A stretch of DNA of 45,951 nucleotides from Phycisphaerales bacterium (GTDB lineage: Bacteria; Planctomycetota; Phycisphaerae; Phycisphaerales; UBA1924), in the NCBI GenBank assembly GCA_011053195.1, contig DRKT01000155.1, forward strand, positions 1 through 45,951, read 5' to 3'. Positions 1 to 8,983 of this stretch are shown here, one piece after another (the stretch's first letter is position 1; each line of letters begins with the position of its first letter). Both the position numbers and the translations under genes were made by a program. Below the pieces are notes generated by a model. The model ran no database searches and was not told the DNA's origin. It saw nothing but the letters and a program-made list of their open reading frames with translations.

Positions 1-546
1 ATCCACAGCACCGGACAACCCGTGCTGGTCGGAACGCGCAGTGTGCTGACCTCGGAAACACTCGGCTCGTTGCTTGCCCAGCGTGGTGTCGAGTGTCAGA
101 TCCTCAACGCCGAGCGGGAGGAACAGGAGGCATCCATCGTTGCTCGTGCCGGCCAGCGCGGGGCGGTGACCGTCGCCACCAACATGGCCGGGCGGGGAAC
201 CGACATCAAACTCGATCAGGAATCAAAGGCGCTCGGTGGTCTGGTTGTCATCGGGACCGAACGTCACACTGAGCGGCGGGTTGATCGCCAGCTTTTCGGC
301 CGATCAGGTCGGCAGGGTGATCCCGGTCTGGCACAGATGTATGTGTGCTACGAGGACCAGCTCATCCTGTCCTCAGGCTTGCCCCCCCTCATCTGGCTGG
401 CCAAGAAGACACATTTTGGCCCATTCGCATCGCTGCTTTGGAAGCAAGCCCAGTGGTTGGCCTCGAAAAGGGCGGTTTCCCACCGTATCACGACGGCCAG
501 GGCGGATTCCTGGCACGAAATGGCGATGAATACCGCCAAATCTTGA
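1..546 (+). CDS. secA: SecA-like preprotein translocase ATPase, 3' end (5' part lies outside the window)
   Basis: Frame 1 is open from nt 1. It carries NBD2 motifs [12 protein letters not shown] and [10 protein letters not shown] (helicase motif VI). The stop is at 544-546. Confidence 0.8.
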   Translation: MHSTGQPVLVGTRSVLTSETLGSLLAQRGVECQILNAEREEQEASIVARAGQRGAVTVATNMAGRGTDIKLDQESKALGGLVVIGTERHTERRVDRQLFGRSGRQGDPGLAQMYVCYEDQLILSSGLPPLIWLAKKTHFGPFASLLWKQAQWLASKRAVSHRITTARADSWHEMAMNTAKS

Positions 547-566
547 TATCCGTGTCGCTTGCTTTG

Positions 567-575
567 TGATAGACT
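567..575 (+). promoter_or_regulatory. Candidate extended -10 element TGaTAGACT upstream of the small ORF at 637
   Basis: TGnTAGACT lies about 60 nt upstream of the ATG. The same TGnTAGACT string recurs at 42031-42039. There is no convincing -35. Confidence 0.2.
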
Positions 576-636
576 CCTGAATCAGGGCTCGGGCCCCTCG
601 TGCACCGACCCGACCGTTTGATGAAAGGGGCAGACC

Positions 637-855
637 ATGAATGAACAGACCGAGCACAATCAGGCCCCCGCCACTCAAACACCCAGGCCGTTCGTTCGCA
701 ACGCCAGCTATCGGGTCGCGCACGATCTCAACGGCGATTGGTGGATCTGGAAACGCTCGAGCACGAACACATGGACCACGTTCAGACGCTGCAACTCGCA
801 GGCCGAGGCGGAACTGTTGTGCAGCGAATTGAACGCGGGCAGCACGCTCGGATAA
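637..855 (+). CDS. Hypothetical small protein (72 aa)
   Basis: AAAGGGG lies 6 nt upstream of the ATG. Third-position GC is high and consistent with coding. I recognise no family. Confidence 0.4.
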   Translation: MNEQTEHNQAPATQTPRPFVRNASYRVAHDLNGDWWIWKRSSTNTWTTFRRCNSQAEAELLCSELNAGSTLG

Positions 856-1167
856 AACCGGGACGGCACCGTATTCATGCGGTGAGCGGGTATTGGACTG
901 ACGGACTTCTCGAGCTCGCGGGGGTGCCCTTGCCGCTTTTCTCCATGGACTCGATGAGCCCCCTATTCCTTCAGACTCCGGATATACCGCTTGGCAGTTG
1001 ATCTGGGATACCTGATCTCCCTGGTGGCCTACGCTGTCCTATTCCAGTGCCACCTGCAGCGTGAGTCTTTGACTTCATCCTGCGACTGGTCAGAAACGGG
1101 TACAAACATACTTACCATTTTCCTTGCTCGCGAGTGGTCAAGCTGGGGGCAAGGCACGGAAAGGTAA

Positions 1168-1404
1168 GTGATAAGTAAAGCAAGACAGCAAGGCAACGGA
1201 CAGGGGACACTCTTCAAACGGGACCCCAAAGGCCCGTGGATCGCCCGTTGGCATGGGCACAACGGAAGGCGGTTGAAACAACCGCACGCCTACGCACCGA
1301 CCTCCCCCCGCCTCTACCCCCGACAGGAGCAGCGCCAAACGGTGCGATGCGCTGCGAACCCGTGCGCCGGAAGTGACCCGAGAACCGATCCGGCTTGTTG
1401 CTGA
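1168..1404 (+). pseudogene. Remnant of a tyrosine-recombinase (phage-type integrase) N-terminus, truncated or frameshifted
   Basis: The translation GTLFKRDPKGPWIARWHGHNGRR matches the typical integrase N-terminal arm pattern (S/T-[IVL]-[FY]-K-R...W.A.[WY]...G+R). Only about 30 aa look integrase-like before the frame degenerates. It lies downstream of the 3' end of tRNA-Thr, in a locally lower-GC stretch. Confidence 0.4.
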
Positions 1405-1467
1405 TAACTCTTTGCCCTGTGCGAAGATAGACGACGGGGTGCGACCCGATGCGGGCCGAAGCGGCAA

Positions 1468-1540
1468 AGCCACCTGTCGGACTCGAACCGACGACCTGCG
1501 GTTTACAAAACCGCTGCTCTACCAACTGAGCTAAGGTGGC
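1468..1540 (-). tRNA. tRNA-Thr (anticodon UGU)
   Basis: I folded the cloverleaf by hand: acceptor GCCACCT/AGGTGGC, D arm GCTC/GAGC, anticodon stem GCGGT/ACCGC with loop TTTGTAA, and T arm GTCGG-TTCGAGT-CCGAC. CCA is not encoded. Confidence 0.93.
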
Positions 1541-1585
1541 GATTGCCAGAGTCTATCCACCGATGCCTTGCTCAGCAGGACGAGC

Positions 1586-2080
1586 TCAGCAGGGCGAAGA
1601 CGGGTCGATCATCGGCTGATCGGACTGCTCACGGCGGAAGGTCTCCAGGGCTTCGCGGATCTCCGCATGCCCGAGCGCCAGAATGTGGGCCGCGAAGACC
1701 GCGGCGTTCTTCGCACCGGCCGAACCGATCGCCAGCGTCCCCACCGGAACACCCCCCGGCATCTGCACGATCGAGAGCAGCGAATCCAGACCCTGCAGCG
1801 CCTTGGACTGGATCGGTACACCGAGCACGGGCAGACGCGTCTTGGCAGCCACCACGCCGGCAAGATGCGCTGCTCCGCCCGCTCCCGCGATAATCACCTC
1901 GAGCCCGCGGTCCGAAGCCGAGGCCGCATACGACGCCACCACGTCCGGCGTGCGATGCGCCGACATCACCCGGCACTCGTGCGATATGCCAAGCCGATCA
2001 AGCATCACCGACGCCTGCTCCATCGTCGGCCAATCCGATTGTGAACCCATAATGATCCCGACCAAAGGCGATGTGCTCAT
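1586..2080 (-). CDS. purE: N5-carboxyaminoimidazole ribonucleotide mutase
   Basis: The ORF starts at [20 protein letters not shown] and contains SAHRTP and [13 protein letters not shown], the classic PurE motifs. The upstream extension of the ORF to 2380 is R/W/C-rich and was rejected. Confidence 0.92.
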   Translation of the reverse strand: MSTSPLVGIIMGSQSDWPTMEQASVMLDRLGISHECRVMSAHRTPDVVASYAASASDRGLEVIIAGAGGAAHLAGVVAAKTRLPVLGVPIQSKALQGLDSLLSIVQMPGGVPVGTLAIGSAGAKNAAVFAAHILALGHAEIREALETFRREQSDQPMIDPSSPC

Positions 2081-2111
2081 GCCACCACCATAGCAGACCG
2101 GGCAGGCCCAC

Positions 2112-2855
2112 TCACCCCAGCCCGCCGAGCGGGTCCGACTCGGTCCACGCCCGCAACGCTCCCGAAAGCGAGACACCCGCATCGACCGAGCCGGAAAGGT
2201 CCACCACCAACGGTGGTGCCGGGTGCTGCACCAGCATCGCCGCCCGGACCGGTGCGAGATCCACCAGATGATCTGCCCTCGGCCCGCCCCACCGCACCTG
2301 CACCGGACGCTCGCTTGCCACGGCTGACGGGCCTTCCGTGTCCAGATCCACCGACCGAGGCAAACCCTCGAAGCACCCACCGACCGAGGCGAGCACCACG
2401 CCGCAATCCTCGCTCGCCTGAATCAGGGCCTCACCTACGCCATCGACCATCCCGTCCGGCAACCGACAACACACCACACCCCCACCGGCGCCGAGCGCTT
2501 CGAGATCGCGCATCAGCCCAATCGCCCCGATGATCGCCGATGAGGCCCGGTCCGCGTGCGCCGGATCGGCAAGATGCGCCGGGGGCACGAAAACATCCAC
2601 ACCCGAAAGCCCGAGCCCGTCGCGCTTGAGCGTGGCGGCAAGGTCTCGCCGGGCACTCCGGCTCAGAATGCGGGGCCTGAGTTCCGGATGGACCGCATCA
2701 AGCACGATGTGGCCCACGCCTTGGCTCGCGATCCACGACATCACCCCCCGAGCCGAGACCGGACCGACCCCATCCTGATCGGCCAGCCCCCGCATCGAAC
2801 AGGCCACAACGCCGGAATGCCACTTCGCCTGATCCATCGCAGCAGTTGTAGCCAT
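2112..2855 (-). CDS. Putative sugar phosphate isomerase/epimerase-like TIM-barrel protein (tentative)
   Basis: A 247-aa ORF from the ATG at 2855, co-directional with purE downstream. The family assignment rests on weak resemblance only. Confidence 0.5.
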   Translation of the reverse strand: MATTAAMDQAKWHSGVVACSMRGLADQDGVGPVSARGVMSWIASQGVGHIVLDAVHPELRPRILSRSARRDLAATLKRDGLGLSGVDVFVPPAHLADPAHADRASSAIIGAIGLMRDLEALGAGGGVVCCRLPDGMVDGVGEALIQASEDCGVVLASVGGCFEGLPRSVDLDTEGPSAVASERPVQVRWGGPRADHLVDLAPVRAAMLVQHPAPPLVVDLSGSVDAGVSLSGALRAWTESDPLGGLG

Positions 2856-2876
2856 CGATCCCGCTACGATCCTGAC

Positions 2877-3488
2877 ATGACCCCGATCCGGCGCTTTCTG
2901 GAAACCCTGCACCTCACCCTCGCCGGGCTCTGGCTCGGTGTGCTCGTGATGACCGGGGTCTCGGCCGCGATCATCTTCCCAACCATGCACCGGCTGAATC
3001 CGAACCTGCCCGGATTCATGGGCTACACCGGCGAGCACTGGCGTTTGGCCGCCGGGCACATCGCGGCGCCGATCTTCTGGGTCGCCGATGCCATCCAGTT
3101 CGGATGCGCCCTGCTCTGTGGCCTGAGCCTGGGGATCATCCTCATCTCGCCTGCCCCCTGGCGCCAGCCGGTCTGGTCGTTCGTTCGACTCTTCGCGCTG
3201 CTGGTGGCGATCGGTCTGCTGGCGTATTCACTGCTGGTCCTGGGCCCGAGAATGAACGCGAACCTCGCTGAGTTCTGGTTGGCAGCCGAAGCGGGCGACA
3301 TGCCCAAGGCCGAAGCCGCCCGAGCACTTTTCGATGCCGACCATCCAAAGGCTACCACGGTCATGGCCTGCTCGTTCGTCGCGGTGTTCGTGCTGCTGAC
3401 CGTTGGAATCTACGCCGCCCTCGGCGCGAGCGCGCCCAACAATCCCCGCCCGACCCAACGGCTCGAAACCCCGGACCTGGCGCGATGA
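2877..3488 (+). CDS. Integral membrane protein, about 4 TM helices (possibly DUF4149-like)
   Basis: From the ATG at 2877 there are hydrophobic segments LAGLWLGVLVMTGVSAAIIF, IQFGCALLCGLSLGIILI, LFALLVAIGLLAYSLLVLG and MACSFVAVFVLLTVGIYAAL. It is divergent from the 2855 gene. Confidence 0.6.
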   Translation: MTPIRRFLETLHLTLAGLWLGVLVMTGVSAAIIFPTMHRLNPNLPGFMGYTGEHWRLAAGHIAAPIFWVADAIQFGCALLCGLSLGIILISPAPWRQPVWSFVRLFALLVAIGLLAYSLLVLGPRMNANLAEFWLAAEAGDMPKAEAARALFDADHPKATTVMACSFVAVFVLLTVGIYAALGASAPNNPRPTQRLETPDLAR

Positions 3489-4228
3489 CCAACCCCACCA
3501 AACCCACCACGAAACCCGTCACCCCCACCAACCCGCGCGGGCTGCGCGACATTCCATTCGAGTTGCCCCAAGTGACACCCGAAGCCAAGGCTCGGGCGCG
3601 TCGGCTGCTCGATGCCCTGCGCCGGGCGTATCCCGAGGCCCACTGCGAACTCAACTATGCCTCGCCGCACGAACTGCTGATTGCGACCATCCTCTCGGCG
3701 CAGTGCACCGATGTCGCGGTCAACAAGGCCACACCTGCTCTTTTCAAAGCCTTCCCGAAACCGGAAGACTACGCCAACGCAACGCCCGAGCAGATCGAAC
3801 CCTACATCAAATCGCTCGGCTTCTTCCGCAACAAAGCCAAGGCCATCCACAGCGCCATGACCAGCATCGTCAACGAACACCAAGGCCAAGTCCCCACGAC
3901 CATGCCCGAGCTGCTCGCCCTGCGGGGCGTGGCGCGCAAGACCGCCAACGTCGTCCTCGGCAATGCCTTCAACATCAACGTCGGGTTCGTCGTCGACACC
4001 CACGTCATGCGGCTGAGCAAACGACTGTGCCTCATCGATACGCACGAGCAGGGCAAGCCGGACAGAATCGAGAAAAAGCTTATGGCGCTCTTCCCGAGAA
4101 GCAACTGGTCGCAGGCCTCACACCTGTTCGTCTGGCATGGCCGGCGCGCCTGCAAAGCGCGCATGAACGCCTGCTCGACCCACCGCATCTGCTCACGATT
4201 CGGAACCTGCTGCGACCTGACCCGCTGA
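3485..4228 (+). CDS. nth: Endonuclease III (DNA-(apurinic/apyrimidinic site) lyase)
   Basis: HhH-GPD signature LLALRGVARKTANVVL, a VDTHV motif, and a C-terminal Cys cluster. There is a 4-nt ATGA overlap with the upstream gene. Confidence 0.9.
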   Translation: MTNPTKPTTKPVTPTNPRGLRDIPFELPQVTPEAKARARRLLDALRRAYPEAHCELNYASPHELLIATILSAQCTDVAVNKATPALFKAFPKPEDYANATPEQIEPYIKSLGFFRNKAKAIHSAMTSIVNEHQGQVPTTMPELLALRGVARKTANVVLGNAFNINVGFVVDTHVMRLSKRLCLIDTHEQGKPDRIEKKLMALFPRSNWSQASHLFVWHGRRACKARMNACSTHRICSRFGTCCDLTR

Positions 4229-4233
4229 CAGGC

Positions 4234-5079
4234 TCAGCCACCCGTCGGCTTGTAGATGCGGCTCAGATCGGCATCCGGAATGCCCTCGGGTCGGGTGATC
4301 TCGGGGAATGGCGCGCCGGGCTCGATTTTGGTAAACGAAATCTCATACGTGAGGTTCGCGAAGCTCTCCCTGACGCGCGTTGGGTACTTTACACCCTCGA
4401 CATCCGTGTATTCCTCGTAGAACCTGCGAAACTCGACGCGCTGGCCGGGGTTCAACTCGCGCGTCCCGAGCACACCGACAAGAAACCCGTTGTCCTCACT
4501 GAACAGAAAGAACGCCTGCCGACCCGAGAAATAGTCCACCTGCACCACATACACCGTCCCCGTGGGCAGATCGCGCTTCTCGATGGTCTTGATCGACTTG
4601 AAACTCTCGGTGTAGTCGGCCTCGTTGTAGAATCGAGCCGTCGTGGCGAACTGGTCGAGCTGCTCACCCTCGATCGGCGTCGCCTCGCCTGTTTCAATGT
4701 TGACCGCCCACCCCGCCTTGCCATCGAAGTAGATCTTCGTGCTGCTCTGGCCCGGCACGACCATCTCCTGGATGAGTTTGCTCGGCGCCTCGGCGATCAT
4801 GCGGATCACAGCCGTCTGCACCGGCCCTTCCTTCCCCTCGACAAAGACCTTCAGCCGGCCCGTCATCTTCCGCGACGTCACCGCATGGATCGCGTCCTGC
4901 CCACCGATCGCCTCGATGTGCCGGTCAAAGAGTGATGCCGCGCTCGGCAACTCCGCCTGCGTCGGGGCCGCGGTCGCCGGCTCGGCCGGAGCCGAGTCCT
5001 GTCCAGACGCCGGTACACCAGCACCCGCGATCAGAAGGACACAAGCCAGACCCGTTCGGGTGACGTTCTTCATGTTCAA
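4234..5079 (-). CDS. Secreted hypothetical protein (possibly LolA-like beta fold)
   Basis: N-terminal signal peptide MNMKNVTRTGLACVLLIAGAGVPASGQ followed by a beta-rich sequence. The fold assignment is uncertain. Confidence 0.7.
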   Translation of the reverse strand: MNMKNVTRTGLACVLLIAGAGVPASGQDSAPAEPATAAPTQAELPSAASLFDRHIEAIGGQDAIHAVTSRKMTGRLKVFVEGKEGPVQTAVIRMIAEAPSKLIQEMVVPGQSSTKIYFDGKAGWAVNIETGEATPIEGEQLDQFATTARFYNEADYTESFKSIKTIEKRDLPTGTVYVVQVDYFSGRQAFFLFSEDNGFLVGVLGTRELNPGQRVEFRRFYEEYTDVEGVKYPTRVRESFANLTYEISFTKIEPGAPFPEITRPEGIPDADLSRIYKPTGG

Positions 5080-5119
5080 TGCTCCAATCGCTCAGCCGGT
5101 GGGGTCTACCGGCCAGAAA

Positions 5120-5193
5120 CGGGCTCGCCGCGATTCGAACGCGGAACCTTCGGCTTCGGAGGCCGACGCTCTATCCAGTTGAGCTACGAGCCC
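5120..5193 (-). tRNA. tRNA-Arg (anticodon CCG)
   Basis: Hand-folded: acceptor GGGCTCG/CGAGCCC, D arm GCTC/GAGC, anticodon stem TCGGC/GCCGA with loop CTCCGAA, and T arm CCGCG-TTCGAAT-CGCGG. Confidence 0.93.
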
Positions 5194-5292
5194 TGTTTTT
5201 CCATCCGGGCACCCGCCCCGGCGGTGCCGATCGTACGATCGCCGAACCCCTCAGGCAATGCCCGATCCCGCTTCACGTACGGAACCCCTCTC

Positions 5293-6525
5293 GTGCCCGA
5301 ATCCGCTTCCAACCCGACACCCGCCCCCCTCGGGTTTGTGTTGGCTGTCACCTTCACGCTCAGCATTGGGACCGGCGCCCTCACCCACGGGCTCTACTTC
5401 CTCGCCGAGGCCTCATGCCAATTCAACAGAACCAACCTGTTTGCCCTCGGCGTCGTCTTCGGAGCCGCCTACATCCCCGCGACCCGCTTCGCCGGCCCGC
5501 TCGTTCGATTGATGGAACGCAGCAGCACCATCATCTCACCCAGAATGCTCCTGATCGGCATCACACTAACCGGCGCCCTGCTCTCGCTGATTCCACCCGT
5601 GCTGGCTTTGCTGCGGGTCCAATCCTGTTGGGCGCTCTGGCTCCTCGCGGCCGGGTACGCCGCCATCACGGGCCTGCTTTGGCCGATCGTCGAGTGGTAC
5701 ATCAGTGGCGGCCGAACGGGGCGCCAACTCCGATCCGCCGTCGGACAATTCAACATCGCATGGACATCCGCTGTCGTTCTCGCCTTCTGGCTCATCGGCC
5801 CGACGCTCGAAGCCCGCCCGCTCGATGCGCTCGTCGGCGTCGCCGGCCTCCATGCCCTCGCCGTCCTGCTCATCCTGCCCATGCCCACCCACCCGGCCAG
5901 ACATCGGCCCGAATCACACACGTCACACCACGCCCGTCGCGGCCTGCTGGTCTCGGCCAGAATCCTGCTCCCAACCAGCTACATGCTTGCCGGCGTCCTC
6001 GGGCCGTTCTTCCCCGTCGCCCTGACATCCATGAACATCAACCTGGCCTGGCAGACCGTGCTCGTCTCGGTCTGGATGACCTCGCGCATCCCGACGATGC
6101 TTCTCCTCCAACGCTGGCACGGCTGGCACGGCAAGGTCTGGCCCGTCGCCCTCGGAGGCTCCATGCTCGCCGCCGGGTTTATCGGGTGCATCATCGCACC
6201 CGCAGTCCCAAACCATGCCGCCGGTCTTGCCGTGATGATCGTGGCGCTGACGCTCTTTGGCTCGGGCATGGGCGTCGTCTATACCGCAGCCATCTACTAC
6301 GCCATGGAATTCGGACACGGACAGATCGACTCGAACGCCACACACGAATCCCTCGTCGGGCTCGGGTACATCCTCGGTCCGGGTGTCGGTCTGGCCATCT
6401 CACTGACCATCTCTGTGGACCTCCTCGACGAGCGATACTTTCTCGTCACCCTCATCCTCGCGACGCTCGTGGCGGCCGGGGGGCTGGCAATGCTCCTCCT
6501 CGCGTCAGAAAAAACCAAACAATAA
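5293..6525 (+). CDS. Polytopic membrane protein, MFS-transporter-like
   Basis: About 12 hydrophobic segments. The ORF's ATG at 5179 overlaps tRNA-Arg (5120-5193), so the in-frame GTG at 5293 is a more plausible start. The start remains uncertain. Confidence 0.65.
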   Translation: MPESASNPTPAPLGFVLAVTFTLSIGTGALTHGLYFLAEASCQFNRTNLFALGVVFGAAYIPATRFAGPLVRLMERSSTIISPRMLLIGITLTGALLSLIPPVLALLRVQSCWALWLLAAGYAAITGLLWPIVEWYISGGRTGRQLRSAVGQFNIAWTSAVVLAFWLIGPTLEARPLDALVGVAGLHALAVLLILPMPTHPARHRPESHTSHHARRGLLVSARILLPTSYMLAGVLGPFFPVALTSMNINLAWQTVLVSVWMTSRIPTMLLLQRWHGWHGKVWPVALGGSMLAAGFIGCIIAPAVPNHAAGLAVMIVALTLFGSGMGVVYTAAIYYAMEFGHGQIDSNATHESLVGLGYILGPGVGLAISLTISVDLLDERYFLVTLILATLVAAGGLAMLLLASEKTKQ

Positions 6526-6736
6526 CCGATCTTTCCGTCTGCGGGTGCAGCCGGAAGCATCCGTTCCGGTTCGAGGTTCAAAGAGGATCATGCCGATTGG
6601 AACGAACAATGCCGGCCGATTCGACGTCCAATATGCTGAGCCGGTGCCGACACAGGCACGAGATGCTCAGCCGGGGCCCGTGTCTGCCGATGCCGACCGA
6701 GGCCCCGATCACGGGCGAATTTTGAATGGAGACTTC

Positions 6737-8974
6737 ATGGGCTGTGTCCAGATACTGAATCGTGCAACCAAACTGACCGCAGCGACCATGCTTGCCTTCT
6801 GCCCGCTTGCCGCGGCTGCACAAGATACCTACGAAAGCAAAGAGGCGTGGTCGCAGGCGGTCTGGGCCGCGGCGAGCACTGGCGATACCGAAGGGACACT
6901 CGAGATTCTCTCCAAGATCCCGGACTCGGCCGACCCGGCCAACGTCACCGACATCCGCCCGGCCATCGAATTGCTCAAAGCCAACTTCGAGAAGCAGCAG
7001 AAGCTCCGCGAGGAGCAGATCGCCGAGCAGCGAGAAGAACTCACCACGCTTCTCGAAGAATCCAAGGACAACGCGCCCGACACCCTGTCCGAGGCCCTGG
7101 CTGACGTGCTGTTTCTTGATTCCATCGTCGAGAACCACGACGCCCTGCTCGCCGAGCCCGAGATCCGCGACCTGATGGACCGCGCCGCCGAACGGGCCGC
7201 CAAGGCCGAGGCCGAGCAGGACTGGCTCGCCGCGACCGAACTCTATGCCCGGCTGGACATGCTCGAAGAGGCCTCGCAAAAGTACAAGAAAGACCTTCAG
7301 CGCCAGATGGTCCGCCGAGAGATGCTCACGCTCTACGTCCCTGAACGCTACTGGCAACTCCGCGACGAGCGGCTCAAGGAACTCGGCGAGGAAGGGCTCC
7401 CGCCCTTCAACAACCGGGGCGAGGATTATCGGGAAAAACTCGCCGGCGTCACCCCGGAGCTTGTTCTGGCCGCCATCTCACAGGCCGCCCGACACCACAT
7501 CTCCGGCACCAGCATGAAGCAGATGGTCATCGGTGGGCTGGACAACCTTTCCATGATGATCCACATGAACGATCTGCAACAGGCCTTCCCCAAGCTCGCC
7601 GATGCCCGGGCCGTCGAGAAGTTTGACAGCTACATCAAATCAGAAAAACGAAATCTCCGCAACTCTGACCGCGACATGACCATCATCGACCTCCGCCGCA
7701 CGCTCAACCGACTCATCGAGATCAACACGCAGACCGTCGGGCTGCCGAGGGAGGTTGTCATCCACGAGTTCGGCTCCGGCGCCATGGGTACGCTCGACGA
7801 GTTCAGCCAGATCGTCTGGCCCTTCGAGCTCAAAACCTTCTACAAACGACTCGATTCCAGCTTCATCGGCGTGGGCATCCAGATCGTCAACGACCCCGTC
7901 ACGGGTGATCTCCAGGTCTATACCCCCATGCCCGGCATGCCGGCCGTTCGAGCCGGTGTCCGCGCCGGCGACATCATCGTCAAGGTCGATGGCGAATCCA
8001 CCGTCGGTATGACCACCAGCCAGGCGGTCGATGTCATCACCGGACCGCGCGGCACACCCGTCACACTCACCATCAAACGCATCGGTGACGACGGCGAAGA
8101 GATCATCAAGGACATCACCATCGTCCGAGATCAGATCGAGGTCGCCACCGTCTCCGGCTGGCGCAAGCTCGGCCCCGGCAAAGACGACTGGGACTGGTTC
8201 GTCGACCACGACCAGAAAATCGGATATATCCGGCTCGACAAGTTCGCCCAGGACTCCGCGAACGAGATGGACCGGGCCATCGCCAAAATGAAACGCGAAG
8301 GGCTCAACGGCCTCATCCTCGACCTCCGGTTCAACCCCGGTGGGCAGCTCAATCAGGCCATCGAGGTCGCCAACCGTTTCATTGAAAAGGGAACCATCGT
8401 CTCCACGGTCAACAGCCGCACCGAGCCGCCGCGATCACACTCGGCCAATAAGTGGAAGGCCACACTCGCCGGCCTGCCCGTCGTCGTCCTTGTCAACGCC
8501 AACTCCGCCTCATCAAGCGAGATCGTCGCCGGCGCCATCAAAGACTACGGCGACGCGGGCGATATCCACGCCATCGTCCTCGGACATCGCTCCTACGGCA
8601 AGGGCACCGTCCAGAACCTCCACAGCATCGCCGGTGGCGCCGCCATGAAAGTCACCACACAGTACTACACCATCCCCAGCGGCAAGGTCATCCACCGACG
8701 ACCGGGACACGCGGACTGGGGCATCAACCCCGACCTCACCATCACACTCCTGCCGAGCCAGATCACCGACTGGCTCACGCTGCGCAGAGATGCCGACGTC
8801 TTCCTCATCGACGAGAACGGCCAGGTCATCGACGATGAGAAGAACGATAAGCCCGACCCGCAGAAACTCCTCGACGAGGGCATCGACCTCCAACTCGAAA
8901 CCGCGGTCGTCCTGCTCAAATCACAGGCTCCCATGGCCACCGGCGAAACCGCGCTGCGAAGCAACGACGGCTGA
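6737..8974 (+). CDS. S41 family C-terminal processing peptidase with PDZ domain and a long N-terminal coiled/helical extension
   Basis: GGAG lies 5 nt upstream of the ATG at 6737, followed by signal peptide MGCVQILNRATKLTAATMLAFCPLAAAAQ. The PDZ region is GMPAVRAGVRAGDIIVKVDG. The S41 core includes LILDLRFNPGG, NANSASSSEIVAGA and YGKGTVQ. Confidence 0.88.
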   Translation: MGCVQILNRATKLTAATMLAFCPLAAAAQDTYESKEAWSQAVWAAASTGDTEGTLEILSKIPDSADPANVTDIRPAIELLKANFEKQQKLREEQIAEQREELTTLLEESKDNAPDTLSEALADVLFLDSIVENHDALLAEPEIRDLMDRAAERAAKAEAEQDWLAATELYARLDMLEEASQKYKKDLQRQMVRREMLTLYVPERYWQLRDERLKELGEEGLPPFNNRGEDYREKLAGVTPELVLAAISQAARHHISGTSMKQMVIGGLDNLSMMIHMNDLQQAFPKLADARAVEKFDSYIKSEKRNLRNSDRDMTIIDLRRTLNRLIEINTQTVGLPREVVIHEFGSGAMGTLDEFSQIVWPFELKTFYKRLDSSFIGVGIQIVNDPVTGDLQVYTPMPGMPAVRAGVRAGDIIVKVDGESTVGMTTSQAVDVITGPRGTPVTLTIKRIGDDGEEIIKDITIVRDQIEVATVSGWRKLGPGKDDWDWFVDHDQKIGYIRLDKFAQDSANEMDRAIAKMKREGLNGLILDLRFNPGGQLNQAIEVANRFIEKGTIVSTVNSRTEPPRSHSANKWKATLAGLPVVVLVNANSASSSEIVAGAIKDYGDAGDIHAIVLGHRSYGKGTVQNLHSIAGGAAMKVTTQYYTIPSGKVIHRRPGHADWGINPDLTITLLPSQITDWLTLRRDADVFLIDENGQVIDDEKNDKPDPQKLLDEGIDLQLETAVVLLKSQAPMATGETALRSNDG

Positions 8975-8983
8975 TCGCCAAGC

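Noticed and set aside
880-1030. A minus-strand translation ...VGHQGDQVSQINCQAVY... as a possible integrase C-terminal (LGH...Y) remnant
   Set aside because: The resemblance is very weak, the orientation is opposite to the N-terminal stub, and there is no supporting catalytic R/H/R context.
3403-4935. A 510-aa plus-strand ORF spanning nth and the antisense of the secreted-protein gene
   Set aside because: The translation is R/P/H/Q-rich and low-complexity, typical of off-frame or antisense ORFs in high-GC DNA. It overlaps two ORFs that have clear motifs and signal peptides.
5079-6725. A 548-aa plus-strand ORF overlapping tRNA-Arg and the MFS-like gene in another frame
   Set aside because: It is Arg/Pro/His-rich with no hydrophobic periodicity. 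It runs across a tRNA, and the alternative frame encodes a coherent 12-TM protein.
6545-6736. An upstream GTG-started extension of the S41 peptidase ORF, and an imperfect 12-bp hairpin (GCCGACACAGGC...GCCCGTGTCTGC) in that region
   Set aside because: The ATG at 6737 has a GGAG RBS and gives a clean signal peptide, whereas the extension is not signal-like. The hairpin has 2 mismatches and a 23-nt loop, with nothing to tie it to a known element.
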